A DNA stretch of 63,185 nucleotides, filler included, from Catajapyx aquilonaris (taxonomy: Eukaryota), in the NCBI GenBank assembly GCA_000934665.2. It is 2 parts of 2 records of this genome, joined end to end, with 100 filler letters (N's around TTAATTAATTAA, not from the genome) between each part and the next. Parts side by side here need not be neighbours in the genome. Positions count along the whole stretch, not along the records: positions 1 to 31,435 come from JYFJ02004535.1; 1 more part is not named here. The stretch is one strand, 5' to 3'. Each line of letters opens with the position of its first letter. The first letter of the stretch is position 1. Shown here one piece after another: positions 11,529-22,607 of the stretch. Below the pieces are notes generated by a model. That model saw only the letters and a program-made list of their open reading frames with translations, was not told where the DNA came from and ran no database searches. The translations under genes were made by a program, and so were the position numbers.

Positions 11529-12314
11529 TACGGTATGCATTCACACCCACTGAAAGTGAATCCCACTTCCACCTGTATACAAGTCAAAGTAACGGTGAAT
11601 TTATTTTTGAGGTGTAGGCTACAATAAAAATTTCGATTTTCGTTTCGTGTAGAATAAACCTTAGGAGAGTGATAGCTTCTATAGTAGTAGACGCGCCAAG
11701 ACTGTAATAATACCAAATTGGCTCATTAATCATCATCTGAAACCATGGTCAGTATGGGGGCATGACTCATGAGTCGGAAACAAGTTACCCAAGGCGGAGG
11801 ACGAAGTGGCCAACCTTCGCGACATATAAATCGGGACCTGATGAGCCAATTCCTCGGCCAATTCGGTGTCATTAGAGCCACATGACAACAATTGTCGCAG
11901 ACGAGTGAGCATTATCAAGTCCATTACTAGAGGCTCCAGCTCTCCTCAGGTTAATGAATATAAAGAGCCAACCTGGGTTAGACCAAATAATATTTGGTTA
12001 GACCAGGAAAAAAATTATTAGCCTCAAAAATAAACCAACCAATCATAATCAACATTATGTGTTTGAGTGTAATGTACAGGGTGATCCATAATTCTTCAGA
12101 CAAACTGTTAGTAGAAACAGTTGCATACCGTAGAATTGTAGATGATAACAAAACTATTGAAGAGGTTTCATTTGATCTCAGCCTCGACAATGAGGTAATT
12201 GCCATTAAAGAGTGCATTACATCATCTCCTACATTTAGCAGATAGAAGGAGGCAGAGCACTACAGTATTCTAAAGGACGCGCCCATCTTCTGAAGGCAGG
12301 TTCTTTCGATCAGG

Positions 12315-12603
12315 GAAGGCAGGAGTGGCGTTGGCGCTGCGGTAACGTGTGCGCCTGCGGATGGAGGGTCCCAGGCGCGATCCCAAGCCTTGGCTGTGCT
12401 TTGGCCGTCTGCTGTCATCGTCCCCTGCTCAGCTCCCCTTCTTCCCCTTCCTCGCTACCCCTCACTCACTCCCCCCACCTGAGGAGGGCCAACAGTAGGA
12501 CCTACAAACCACCGTGGTATAGGCCCACAATCGAACAGGCCAACGGAACAGGCACTCTCCACAACCTTATTGACAGCATTGGCCCCGAGAGCATAATAAT
12601 ACT
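12315..12603 (+). mobile_element. tRNA-derived SINE (head related to the SINE at 21771-22141)
   Basis: Head ggagtggcg..gcggtaacgtgtgcgcctgcggatggagggtcccaggcgcgatccca resembles the 22141 head; ends in a cataataata tail. Degenerate. Confidence 0.5.
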
Positions 12604-13103
12604 AATGCCTTAGACTATTGCCACCATCAAAAAGTTGGACTTGTCTACGGCTACGCTGAGAGAAATTCCAGCTTGTGAAGTTCCTTGTTCATAAGAATAA
12701 GTGCGATATTTTCGTCAACTGCTTGACTTTTACTTTAAACAAATATTGTCTGAATGCCATATATTGGGGAAAATGTGAAGTTGCTGCCCCGTTACACTGT
12801 CACTCTCAAAGTCACCCTGTTCATGTGAACTGCTGTAGACTATCATGTTCCTGCAAGCCTGATGCACTTTTGCAGCGTCGTTTTGCATTACATTTTTCAG
12901 CTCATTTTGTAATGTCCGGGCGAAAATGTGACGTTTCTTTGGCCTATTATACCAGCGGCTGCGGTCTGAAACCGCGACACGGGCCGTGCGAGTGCGACCT
13001 CAAAAGCCAGGTAGTGGAAGCCACTATTGGTTCACGGCCGCACGGCTGCACGACCGGCCGACCGTCCGACCCTGAGCCAAACGGTGTGGGTTCCGGAATC
13101 TCG
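12400..13103 (+). repeat. Left copy of ~700-bp inverted segmental duplication (partner 22608-23307)
   Basis: Continuous reverse-complement match by eye from ggccgtctgctgtcatcgtcccctgc to ggttccggaatctcgc, with scattered indels. Confidence 0.9.
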
Positions 13104-13202
13104 CCCCCCAATGATGTCTTGGTTCATTCTTATATTAGACGAGTTCTAAGCTCGTTGGTTCTAAGCACGGTTCTAAGCGAGGTTATAAGGGTTCATTATG
13201 TT

Positions 13203-13450
13203 GCCGTTTACATGTGACAAGCTTTCTTGATACAGCCAGTCGGAGCTCGATATCTTTTAAGACGCATGCGCAGTATGATGATACACTGGATGGTATAACC
13301 TGGTTTTGATTGGTCCAAACTGGTGCCGTTTACATGAAACAAGATGCTAAATGCCAGCCAATCGTAACTCGTCCCTTGCTATACGCATGCGCACTATAGC
13401 AGTGTGGTGGATAGTGTAAACACATTCTGATTGGTCCAATCTGGCGCTGT
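13203..13450. repeat. Diverged ~121-bp tandem dimer with ACGCATGCGCA and GATTGGTCCAA motifs
   Basis: gccgtttacatg at 13203/13325, acgcatgcgca at 13262/13383, gattggtccaa at 13308/13429. Confidence 0.65.
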
Positions 13451-15421
13451 ATCATGTGCGGAAAGTTCAAATTGTTATGGTATTGTTATTATATTTAAAT
13501 TGTATAAATTAATATATTTATTCAAAAATACAATGTAAAATTCAACTATTTATTCCAAAATTTCATGTAAAATCCAAATGTTTATTCAAAAATTCAATTC
13601 AAAATTCAAATATTTGTTCCAAAATTTAAAAATAGGGCAAGATAGGGGATATTGGTGGCGCCGCTTCGGGCTGCGGTAAATGTGATTAACATTATTCCCT
13701 TTGTCTCAATCATAATGGCGGGTTAGTCGGCATTTTTCTTTACCGCTCCTTTGATCCACATTCATCTGGATGGTCCTTTTGGGCCCTTGGAGGAGCACCA
13801 GGACGCGCCCTGGGGTCCAGCCGAAGAGGCCAGGCTACATGGGGACTCGGGGGCAGATGATTTGAGACAGACATACACCGTTTGATGCTCTCCGCTGAAT
13901 GGATGGTCTTCACCACCCCGAGGTCATTGAAGGTGAGGTTGGACTGTATCTGCTCAACAACACTTGGCCCTTCTTTGTGCGTTGCAGGTCAACAAATGTT
14001 ATTGTGGCTTGGCCATCAGTCGCTGGAATATGTGCTTGGCAAACCCACAATAACATTTTGTTGGTAATATTTTCCAGAACCCAGCAACAATACATTGAAT
14101 GTTGTGTGTGCTCGACAATATTGTACGTGACGTTTTAATACTCATTTGAAGTAATCTTTTCAGATCAACCCCAGAAGGTCTGCATTTTCCTTCCCCTTAC
14201 CTGCCTTGTAGTCTACCCCTTCAACCTACTCGAGCACAAACTTGCTTAAGATCTATCATAGACTAGCGGACTGATTAATTCCAAGGACAATTATTCCATC
14301 CGAAGTAACGTCCAGCCAAACTGATCCAAGGGCAGCCCCGGGGTCACACCCCTCCCTCACTTGACTCCACGTAGCTGAGGACAATGATACGAATCAAAAA
14401 GTAATTCACAACTTTTTAAATTCCGAAGCTTCAAAATTCTTTTTGTCTATAATAATTATATCTTATTATGTCTCAGTCAATGCTATTCATTGGGTGCAAA
14501 AGTTTTTTTCGTCTGCACAGTAAATTGCAAAGCATTAAAAGAGAGTCACTACATCAATACCGGTACCATATGGAGCATTAAGTGAGAAGTGTATGGAACA
14601 TTATACAGTATTGTCAATGTTAAAATGGAGCGTTAATAATGAGGGCTTTTTAATTGCTTAATGCTCACTTAATGCTTTGCTGTTCACAGTAGTGTAGTTA
14701 CTTTTATGCTGTCACATTGAATGTGAAACATTTTTGTGCACTTATATTCTTTTTGTCCAATTATTTAAAAAAAAAATTATATCCCTGTCAATGTCACTCA
14801 CTTGCTACAGAAATAATTATATTTTGTGTAGTAATTTTTAAGCTTTCACCTTCCAACATTTTTATATGCTGATTTTTTGTCTAATTATTTTTTTATTTCT
14901 TATTAAGCAATTGGTACAGATTTTTTTTTGCCTAGTTATTTTTATGATGTCCAACACATTCAATGTCAAACAATTTGGTACACATGTTCTTTTTGTCTAA
15001 TTATTTTTGCTACCATAAAGAATGTTTACTCAATTACAAAAAAAGAAACAAACAAGAAAAAAGAGAAATAGAAAAGAAAAACAGTTATTTTCATGCTCTC
15101 ACATTGAATGTCAAACATAATCGTACATATAGAGTCTTTTTGTCTGATTATTTTTTATTCTGACTCAGTCAATATGCTACTCATTTGGTACAGAAATTAT
15201 TTTTTGCCCGCACTGTAAATCGCAAAGCATTGAAGGAAAATCACTACTGCGCTCTTCTATGGAGCATTACGTAAGAACTGCATGGAACATTATTACTGTC
15301 AACATGGAGCATTAAGTGAGCAGTAATTTTTAAATGCTTAATGCTCACTTAATGCTTTGCGGTTTACAGTGTAGTTATTTTTATGCTCTCACATGGAATG
15401 TCAAACATTTTTGTACACATA

Positions 15422-16016
15422 CGAGGGACATTCAGAAAGTCTTTACACTTTATTTTTTTGCCACAAATACAGGGCCCATGCAGGTCAGGAGATAGGCAAA
15501 CATTATCGATAGAACCCTACTGGAGCCGAATGCACTGGCACCACGTGTGTGGCAACCTCTCCAGGCCCTCCTGGAACCACTTTTTGGAGGTCCGGCTCAC
15601 CCCCTCCTGGACAACTGCTCACAGTCAACGATGTCCTGAATATGGTGTCTGCGACGTTTTTTTTTTTTTCATGGATCAGGATTTGGGTGCTTCCACACCC
15701 GCAGAAATCCCTGCCCTTGACCCCTGTGACTTTCAAATGTTCGGATCCATGAAAAAAAAAAACCTTCACCAATGCCATTTTCAGGACATTGTTGACAGCT
15801 GTTGACTGTGAGCAGATGTCCGGGATTGGGTGCGCCACACCTCCAAAAAGTGGTTCCTGGAGGGCCCGTTAGTAGAGGTTGACACACCCGTGGGGAGCCA
15901 GTGCATTCGGATTCGTTCAGGAGGATTCTATTGATAATGTGTGCCTATCTGCCAACCTGCATGTGCCTCGATTTGTGGCAAAAAAATAAAGTGTAAAGAC
16001 TTTTCGAACATCCTCG
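15422..16016 (+). mobile_element. Non-autonomous mariner derivative with long TIRs and a transposase remnant
   Basis: ta|CGAGG...CCTCG|ta with ~215-bp inverted arms. The centre encodes (with frameshift) W-VLPHP..(S)PALDPCDFQMFGSMKK.L...F.D, matching the mariner HPPYSPDLAPCDF motif, plus an LLDN remnant. Confidence 0.85.
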
Positions 16017-16695
16017 TATATAATTTTTGTCTCAGTATATTATTTTTTATTCTGTCTAATGCTATTCATTTGGTACAGATATTACTTTCTGTCTGCAGTG
16101 TAAATCGCAAAGAATTAAAAGAGGATATCACTACTGCATCTCCCATGGAGCATCAATTTTAATGCTCTTGCATGAGTGACTCACATTCAGTAGTGATGCT
16201 TTTGTAATAGTTTGTGGTGCTTTGCGCTTTACAGTGTAGTTATTTTTATGCTCTCACGTTCAATGTCAAACATTTTTGTACACAGACTATTTTTGTCTAA
16301 TTATTTTTATATTTATGCTATCATGTGCCATGTTACTCAATTATATATAAGTAAAAAAAGAAAAAAGAAAAAAAGAAAAAAGAGGAACAAAAGAGAAAAA
16401 AGGAAAACAAAAGAAAAAAAAACTGGAAAAGAAAAAAAAAGAGAAACAAAAGAGAGAAAAAATCCAAAAAAAGGAGAAAAAATAAAAATAAGAAAGGGCA
16501 ATTTTTAAATTAATGCCCTCACATTGAATGTAAAACATTTTTGTACCCATGTTCTTTTTGTCTAATTATGTTTTATTCTACCATATTCAATACTGTGATT
16601 TCTTGTCTAGTTATTTTTATGATCTCACATTCAATGTCAAACATTTTCATACACATTCTTTTTGTCTAATAATTTTTTAATTTCATTGTATAATC

Positions 16696-17015
16696 CAGTG
16701 GTTCCCAACCTACGGGTCGCGACCACCAAGAGGGTCACAAAGCCTTTTCCAGGAGGTTGCACGGTGGCCACAGTAATTTTTACTTACAATAAATTTCATA
16801 GGAAATACCAAGAGCTAATAACCGTCTTGGTATTTCCAAGACGTTTTTTTTTAATGTTTTAATATTTCTGTGATGCCAGGTTCTACTTCCCGGCGATCAC
16901 ATAAGTAACAGGAGTAGAACATTACATTAATCTTTTACTAATACTGGAGGGGGGTCGGATGTGACTTGACTAACATGAAAGGGGGTCGCAACCCGAAAAA
17001 GGTTGGGAACCACAT
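16696..17015. mobile_element. hAT (Charlie-like) MITE, 8-bp TSD
   Basis: gtataatc|CAGTGGTTCCCAACCT ... AGGTTGGGAACCACAT|atataatc. Confidence 0.85.
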
Positions 17016-17102
17016 ATATAATCAATGCTCTTCTCCTGGTAGAGAAATGATTTTTTGTCTACACTGTGAACCGAAAACTATTCAAAAAGGATCACTACTG
17101 AG

Positions 17103-17365
17103 GGTTGGTTTAGGTTTACGTTTATTAAGAAGCCAAAGCAACTACGTGTGGCTATATAAGAAGATGCAAAGGTGGGACAGATGGAGATGGAAACGAAGAG
17201 AGAGAAAAGAAGAAAGACTGGTGTACCGCTTAGTGCGTCTGTCTCCTATCCCAAAGATCTGTACGACTTCGGTGGCCCTACCAGTAGACGAAGCAACCCC
17301 CGGCATAGCTCTTGGGGTCACGGGAGAAACGCAAGCCACCACGACAAGGTGAAGATACCATCGGG
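17103..17365 (-). mobile_element. Short non-autonomous retroelement (LINE-derived 5' head + AAACC tail)
   Basis: 15-bp TSD aggatYactactgag (17088-17102 / 17366-17380). Minus strand starts ...CACCTTGTCGTGGTG...GAGCTATGCCGG...CTGGTAGGGCCACC and ends tatagcc...gttgctttggc..taataaacgtaaacctaaaccaacc. Confidence 0.75.
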
Positions 17366-17792
17366 AGGATTACTACTGAGTTTCCCATGGAGAACATCAA
17401 GTGTTAATGCCCTTGTAATTATTGCTCTTGTAATACTTAATGATTGCTAAAAGACAACTAAAAGCATTACAAGAACATTAAAATACACCATCAAAGCATT
17501 AAAAGAGCATGAATACTGAGTCTCCCATGCAGCATCAATTGTTAAGGATCTTTAATGCTCTTGCAATGTGTTTTATTAGCAACAAAAGAACATCACAAGA
17601 GCCTTACAACATGGGAGACTTTGTTGTTTACAATGTAATTATTTTTAATGTTATTTTTTTATGGTCTCCCATTCATTGTCAAACATTTTCGTACACACAT
17701 TCTTTTTGTCAGATTTTTTTAAAATTCTACCATCACACCTTGTCTACCATATATTCAATGCCACCGCAAGAGCTCTTGATGTCACTCACTTA

Positions 17793-17942
17793 GGGCCAGT
17801 TGCACCGGCCTCAGTATAACTTAGAACCTCGGGTATATCAAGAATTGCCATAGCAATCATTGTTGACCAACAATGATTGCTATGGCAATTCTTGTTATAT
17901 CCTATAGGTTCTAAGTTATACTGAGGCCGGTGCAACTGGCCC
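17793..17942. mobile_element. PIF/Harbinger-type MITE (TTA TSD), 150-bp near-perfect palindrome
   Basis: tta|GGGCCAGTTGCACCGGCCTCAGTATAACTTAGAACCT ... AGGTTCTAAGTTATACTGAGGCCGGTGCAACTGGCCC|tta. Confidence 0.88.
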
Positions 17943-18459
17943 TTAGTAGTTGTTTTTTTTGTTTTTTTTTGTCCAGCTTAGATCACACCCAACCTCATTT
18001 TAATGTGCATTGCTGAAGATGATATTCATTCTGTCCAAAGAAACTCGCAGCCAATATGACACAGGGGCAGCCGACCTTGGCCCACCTTGCTCATGTTGCT
18101 GAGGGACATGTCAAGAGTCTTTGGGGTGACCCAACTTAGTAAGGCCCTGCACACATATCATAACATGCAGTCACGTGAGCTGTGATGTTTATTCCAATTA
18201 GGTACAGTACAGTAAATTATTACGCTACGTGTTACAAACTTTGAGCCACGACCTGAGCTATCTGATCAAATTAACAGAGTTGTGAATCCCATGAAGTTAC
18301 AGCGTACAATGACTAAATTACGTGATTACTAATGTGAACTAAACTTGAAAGACAACCCAGGATAAACCCAGGATCAAGTCCAGACCTATGGCAACACGCA
18401 TCCATCACTGCTTAATCCCTTGTCCCATCGTCCCCATGCAGTCCTCTACTTTCCTTATG

Positions 18460-19880
18460 ACGCTGACAGTCCCAATCTGTGTATATTGCCGGCCCATCCT
18501 CATCTTCTTCCGTGTCTCCGCTTTTGTCCTCTGCCCTCTTCTACCCATCCGAGCCAGCAGATCCAGCACAGCGACGGAAGTCCAGCCACTCCTGCACCCT
18601 CACTGGCAAGCCATCGCAGACCAGCAGCAAAGGGAGATCCCATGGAGCTTCACCTGACATCCCCGGACACAGTCCTCCGTGTCCTTCTTCCTCCTCCGTA
18701 ATGGGAAGGAGCACACCCAAAACTATTTGGTCCTGTACTCAGGTGACGAGGCCTGATCCAGGTAAATCTCCAGAACTCTTATGTCTAAAACCTTCAATCT
18801 TTCCAGGTTATGTCTCAAGCCCGTCCTAATGACCAGTTGATGACGTGGGCTTCCAAGCCAGTCCTCTCAACGGCCTTGGCAGAGAGACCACAGATCAGGA
18901 GGCACTGGTCTTCCCCTTAGGCCTGTGGAAGATGTAGCTGGAATCCTCCAACAGCAATATGGTGATGGCAGGCCAGGGGAAGGTTCTCGGGTCCAGGTGC
19001 TTTGGTGACGTGTATGGCCCTCACCACTTCCTCCAGCTCGTCCATGATGAGAGGAGTCTCCGGATCATGGCCTGTTGAGGAATTATTTTTTTAAATGAGA
19101 CGTAGCCTATGCAAGTCCCAGACGTGATGATCCGGTGGTCACCAAGCTATTCAATGCCTGGTACCTGCCATTCATCTACCTCCAACCCCCTGCTCCATTT
19201 CAGCTCAACTGTACTTGTGCAGTGATTAAGACCCAGGGTAAATATCATTTCTACATGCAACACTTTTACAGCATCGGCAACATTTCCATTGCTTCTGATT
19301 GATGATGAAGGTATCATCTGGACACAGTCTGGACACGTAGGTATTAATTGGATTGCATTGTTAGTTGCCAGTTGTGCCAACCAATATGTTGTTGACAGTC
19401 AATAAAGGTTCAGTTGGCACTTGGAGTTGGCACAAACTGACAGCCAACAGTACAATCCAATTACCTGTGTCTCTAGACCGGTCCACCCTGGTATAAAGAA
19501 TACACAATTGCCTACCAGTAGCCTTTCACAGTTGGTCTTTGTTGACCACCAACTTCATACACATGTTGGTGAATTTGGGAGCCATCTTCACAGCAATTTG
19601 AACATAGTTAGTTGAATTTTAGGAGGAGGAGATTACCAGCCACCTGTCCTAGCGAGCAGCTCCTGGAAGTTGGGCTTATGTCCACTTGGGACGATCCACT
19701 GACTCTGCAGATGCAGGAACCAACTAATCCCCAAGGCGATCTGGCCCCACAACAACAGCACTGGCTCCACAGACACTGCCTGGTAACTTCTGCAATTACT
19801 GTTGTGATGGACGAAGGAATGGAGGTATGGTAATAATAAGGGCCATGTGGTGGAAGGCAACAGAATTGCTGTCAAAAATC
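18460..19880 (-). mobile_element. Heavily decayed non-LTR retrotransposon (RT + RNase H remnants, I/Nimb-like)
   Basis: Minus-strand fragments occur in LINE ORF2 order: PLIMDELEEVVK..TKAPGPENL (~19045-18980), AKAVER, RRKKDTEDCV, AVLDLLARMG and IYTDG(T)V (~18487-18467, with frameshift). There are many stops and deletions. Confidence 0.5.
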
Positions 19881-21450
19881 ACACTCAACCACTCTTGTTA
19901 CCAAAGTATAGATGAGCAAAGAATCAGTAATGCAGTGGGGTAGAAAATAGGGCCACATTACAGTGGCTGTCTTACCATAAGCTGGGCAGTTGCCTAGGGG
20001 CCCCAAATGTGGGAAAATATGAGGTTTTGGTTGTTTAACCCAGCAACTGTGACCTGGGGTCTATTAGAACCTCATCCATATTTTTATTCTTATGTAATGC
20101 TTTTCGGTGTATTTACTATGTGCAATCATTCTTTGAGCAATGCCTAGAATGAGCGCTCATTCAAACTAAACATGCACTTCCTGTTATATACTTTCTAAAA
20201 ATGGCAAAAGTTCATTGTAATTATCATTATTATGCATTTTAATTCCTTTGGGGTCCTAAAAGACCACACGTAACGGTTCCAGGGTTGAATGGTCTGGAAA
20301 CTCATCAAGTTTCATCTTGAATTTTTGGAAATTCCCATGTGATATGTAATGGTGCTCCTGTGGGTGATACTGTCGGAAGATGCAAACATAGCATCTACAA
20401 CGGGGAAAACGCAAGTTGTGTGGTGGTTAGCCGAACTTAATTTGATCACAGAAGTGCTGGACAGGCAGAATATTTTGCATTTCCACAACACCCTGGTACT
20501 GCTAAGTTAGCAGTAACTAACAGTGGGACAAAATTTCCACCCATTGGGTATTAATTGTACATTTCCATATGTATAGCCGAGCTGCGACAACATATGGAGA
20601 TAAAAGGGTCAAGATTGTACCAGTGGTAGTTAAGTAATCATCAGTTTTTACTCAATTTACAACCAAAAGATCTTAGATGCCTCAATTCTGGGGGTACTCG
20701 AAATTTATTGTGCATTGGCATCCTCTCTCTTCATTTTTGTGCCAACAATAATCCTATTTAATCACAGTCAGTTGCTGTCAGTGTTGTTCACACTACTAGT
20801 AATGGAAGTGTCTCAATTCATGGGCTATGGGGCTGCCAGGATAGAAATGGAACCAGTTGTTATGAAAATGGCTCAAGTCCCAGGTACCAACCTCTGATGA
20901 GATGCGACAAAAAATATTGTCCTACTCATTCCCATATCTCCTATTAACACAAGTATGGAGGTTATTATTTAACTACAGATTTATCATATCCAAAGGCATT
21001 TTTGACTGATGCCTTTTTCTATCAGAACAGGTGTTGAAACTCATGATACAACATGGCAGTGTTAACTCGAAAATGCCAAGAAGTGTAGGCCTACTTAAGC
21101 ATGTTGCATGCGCACTACAGCAGGAGACTGGGTAGTATAAACAGCACGAATGGAATGTTTGTTGATGCAAGATAGCAGTACTGGTTTTTTAAAAATTATT
21201 AAACTTGATTTCGTTGATTGTTGAATTTTAAGCATGGTGTGATGTTATCCTGACCTTATTAGTACAGGTTATGCAGAGTTTTACAAAAGAAGTAATATTT
21301 AATTGAACATATGATTACACCAGAGACACAAAAATTACAAGACACTGTTGGCACACAATTAAATCTGAGTCTTCTGGCTTCACAACTGAAACACAATTGC
21401 ATCGCTTGCTTTTTCCACTCGAAAATTGTGCAAGCCTGCCAGCAGTGATC

Positions 21451-21765
21451 TCACTTTTTGATCTCGTCTGCGTTGATCCCTTGTCCAGCTCCTCCCGCTT
21501 CTTGTCCTGGTCCATACGCTTGAATGCTTTGTTGGCCTGAAATAAAAGTCCACAGTTCAATACTGAAAAATTGCAAACTATAGCTTGCATTAGATAGCTG
21601 CAATGAATTTGAACATTTTTTACCTGGTAGTAGAACACCACAAGGTAGCGATTATAGACATTGAATCCTGAGAGGTGATCGCACTCATTCTTGGCGTCAA
21701 TATTCGTACACCACAAACGCCGTTCCTTTGGTCTCAGGTGTTGCCGCTGCAATAATTCATTGTTA

Positions 21766-21817
<52 letters not shown>

Positions 21818-22546
21818 TGATTGGGTATTCGTCTCACCCCAGAGGGGTTTTTTGCCAGACCTTTATTGTGATGGTGTACAATTCTGGGAATCATATTATT
21901 GAAGCGCCCGGGCCCACGGGCAGGATGACAGGAGGGGATGTGCAAGTGCAGTGCATCTGACGTGTGGCCATTTTTAGTGAGCTCCCCCGGGTGGTTTAGT
22001 CTGTAGGAAATACCACCCAAGACAAAGCCAGAGGTGACCGACCTCTGCACGAGATGAAGGGGGTGTCCCCGGGCTGGGATCAAACCCGGGACCTTAACAT
22101 CCGTGGGCGCGCACGTTACCGCGGCGCCACTCCGCCTCCCCTCATTGTTAATATACAAACCAAACCGTGTGGACCGCATTAACTTACACCAAGAGCTAAT
22201 GCTTACACTGATCTGACGTATGGCTCCATACCCGAAGATGTCGTACATCTCCTCCCCAGTTATCATGTACGGAAGGTTCTGTAGGCACAGGATCCGGTTT
22301 ACCTCTGGCGGCAGCCGCACCTGTTAATAACATAAAAGGGAACACAAAAGTTGAATTACTTACAGAACATTACCTGTTCATAACCTGAGCATACACATAG
22401 TTTAAGTCAATGTACACTAAATATGGGTTCAAAATGTACTCTTTCTAACAGTGCAATTTAATTCCCAATTAATTCCCCGAATATGGTTGTAATTTAACAA
22501 TTTAATATGGAACACACTGGCCTGCAGACATCGTGGCCGCCGCCAT
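21451..22546 (-). pseudogene. SF3B6: Unprocessed (intron-retaining) pseudogene of splicing factor 3B subunit 6 (SF3B14/p14)
   Basis: Exon remnants ~22546-22516, 22320-22207, 21746-21624 and 21536-21451 encode [33 protein letters not shown] / [37 protein letters not shown] / [28 protein letters not shown]. Splice sites are retained, but there are several small deletions/frameshifts (lost K in GKYG; aacacct; gaatattgac; C-terminal deletion) and missense changes. Confidence 0.9.
21771..22141 (-). mobile_element. tRNA-derived SINE with (ATT)n tail inserted in an SF3B6 pseudogene intron
   Basis: A-box-like GTGGCGCCGCGG, B-box-like GGTTTGATCCC, (ATT)n tail 21771-21817, and a 14-bp TSD tcattgttaatata at 21757-21770 and 22142-22155. 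Confidence 0.88.
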
Positions 22547-22607
22547 CTTTGTTTTGTTTTTTTGTTCGGCCAACAAGGGCAACAATTCAACGTAGCTGCT
22601 GACTGTG

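Larger units (their letters stand above)
14440..17790. repeat. Degenerate tandem array of a composite unit (small hairpin element + AT-rich spacer), interrupted by later insertions
   Basis: Recurrent gttatttttatgctctcacattgaatgtcaaacatttttgtacaca...tctttttgtctaattatt (about 8 times) and hairpins cactgtaaatcgcaaagcatt...aatgctttgcggtttacagtg (~14515, 15211, 16095, 17061). Confidence 0.75.

Noticed and set aside
11838..11870. Hammerhead-ribozyme-like CTGATGA-GCC...GGC core
   Set aside because: The essential GAAA after stem II is replaced by CAAT, and no convincing stems I/III were found.
13740..14220. Coding-looking GC-richer segment on the minus strand
   Set aside because: No motif I can assign; possibly a TE or gene remnant, which needs BLASTx.
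21763..22320. 185-aa ORF as a novel SF3B6 fusion protein
   Set aside because: Read-through from a pseudogene exon across its splice donor into an intronic SINE and its (ATT)n tail; the start is a GTG at the splice acceptor.
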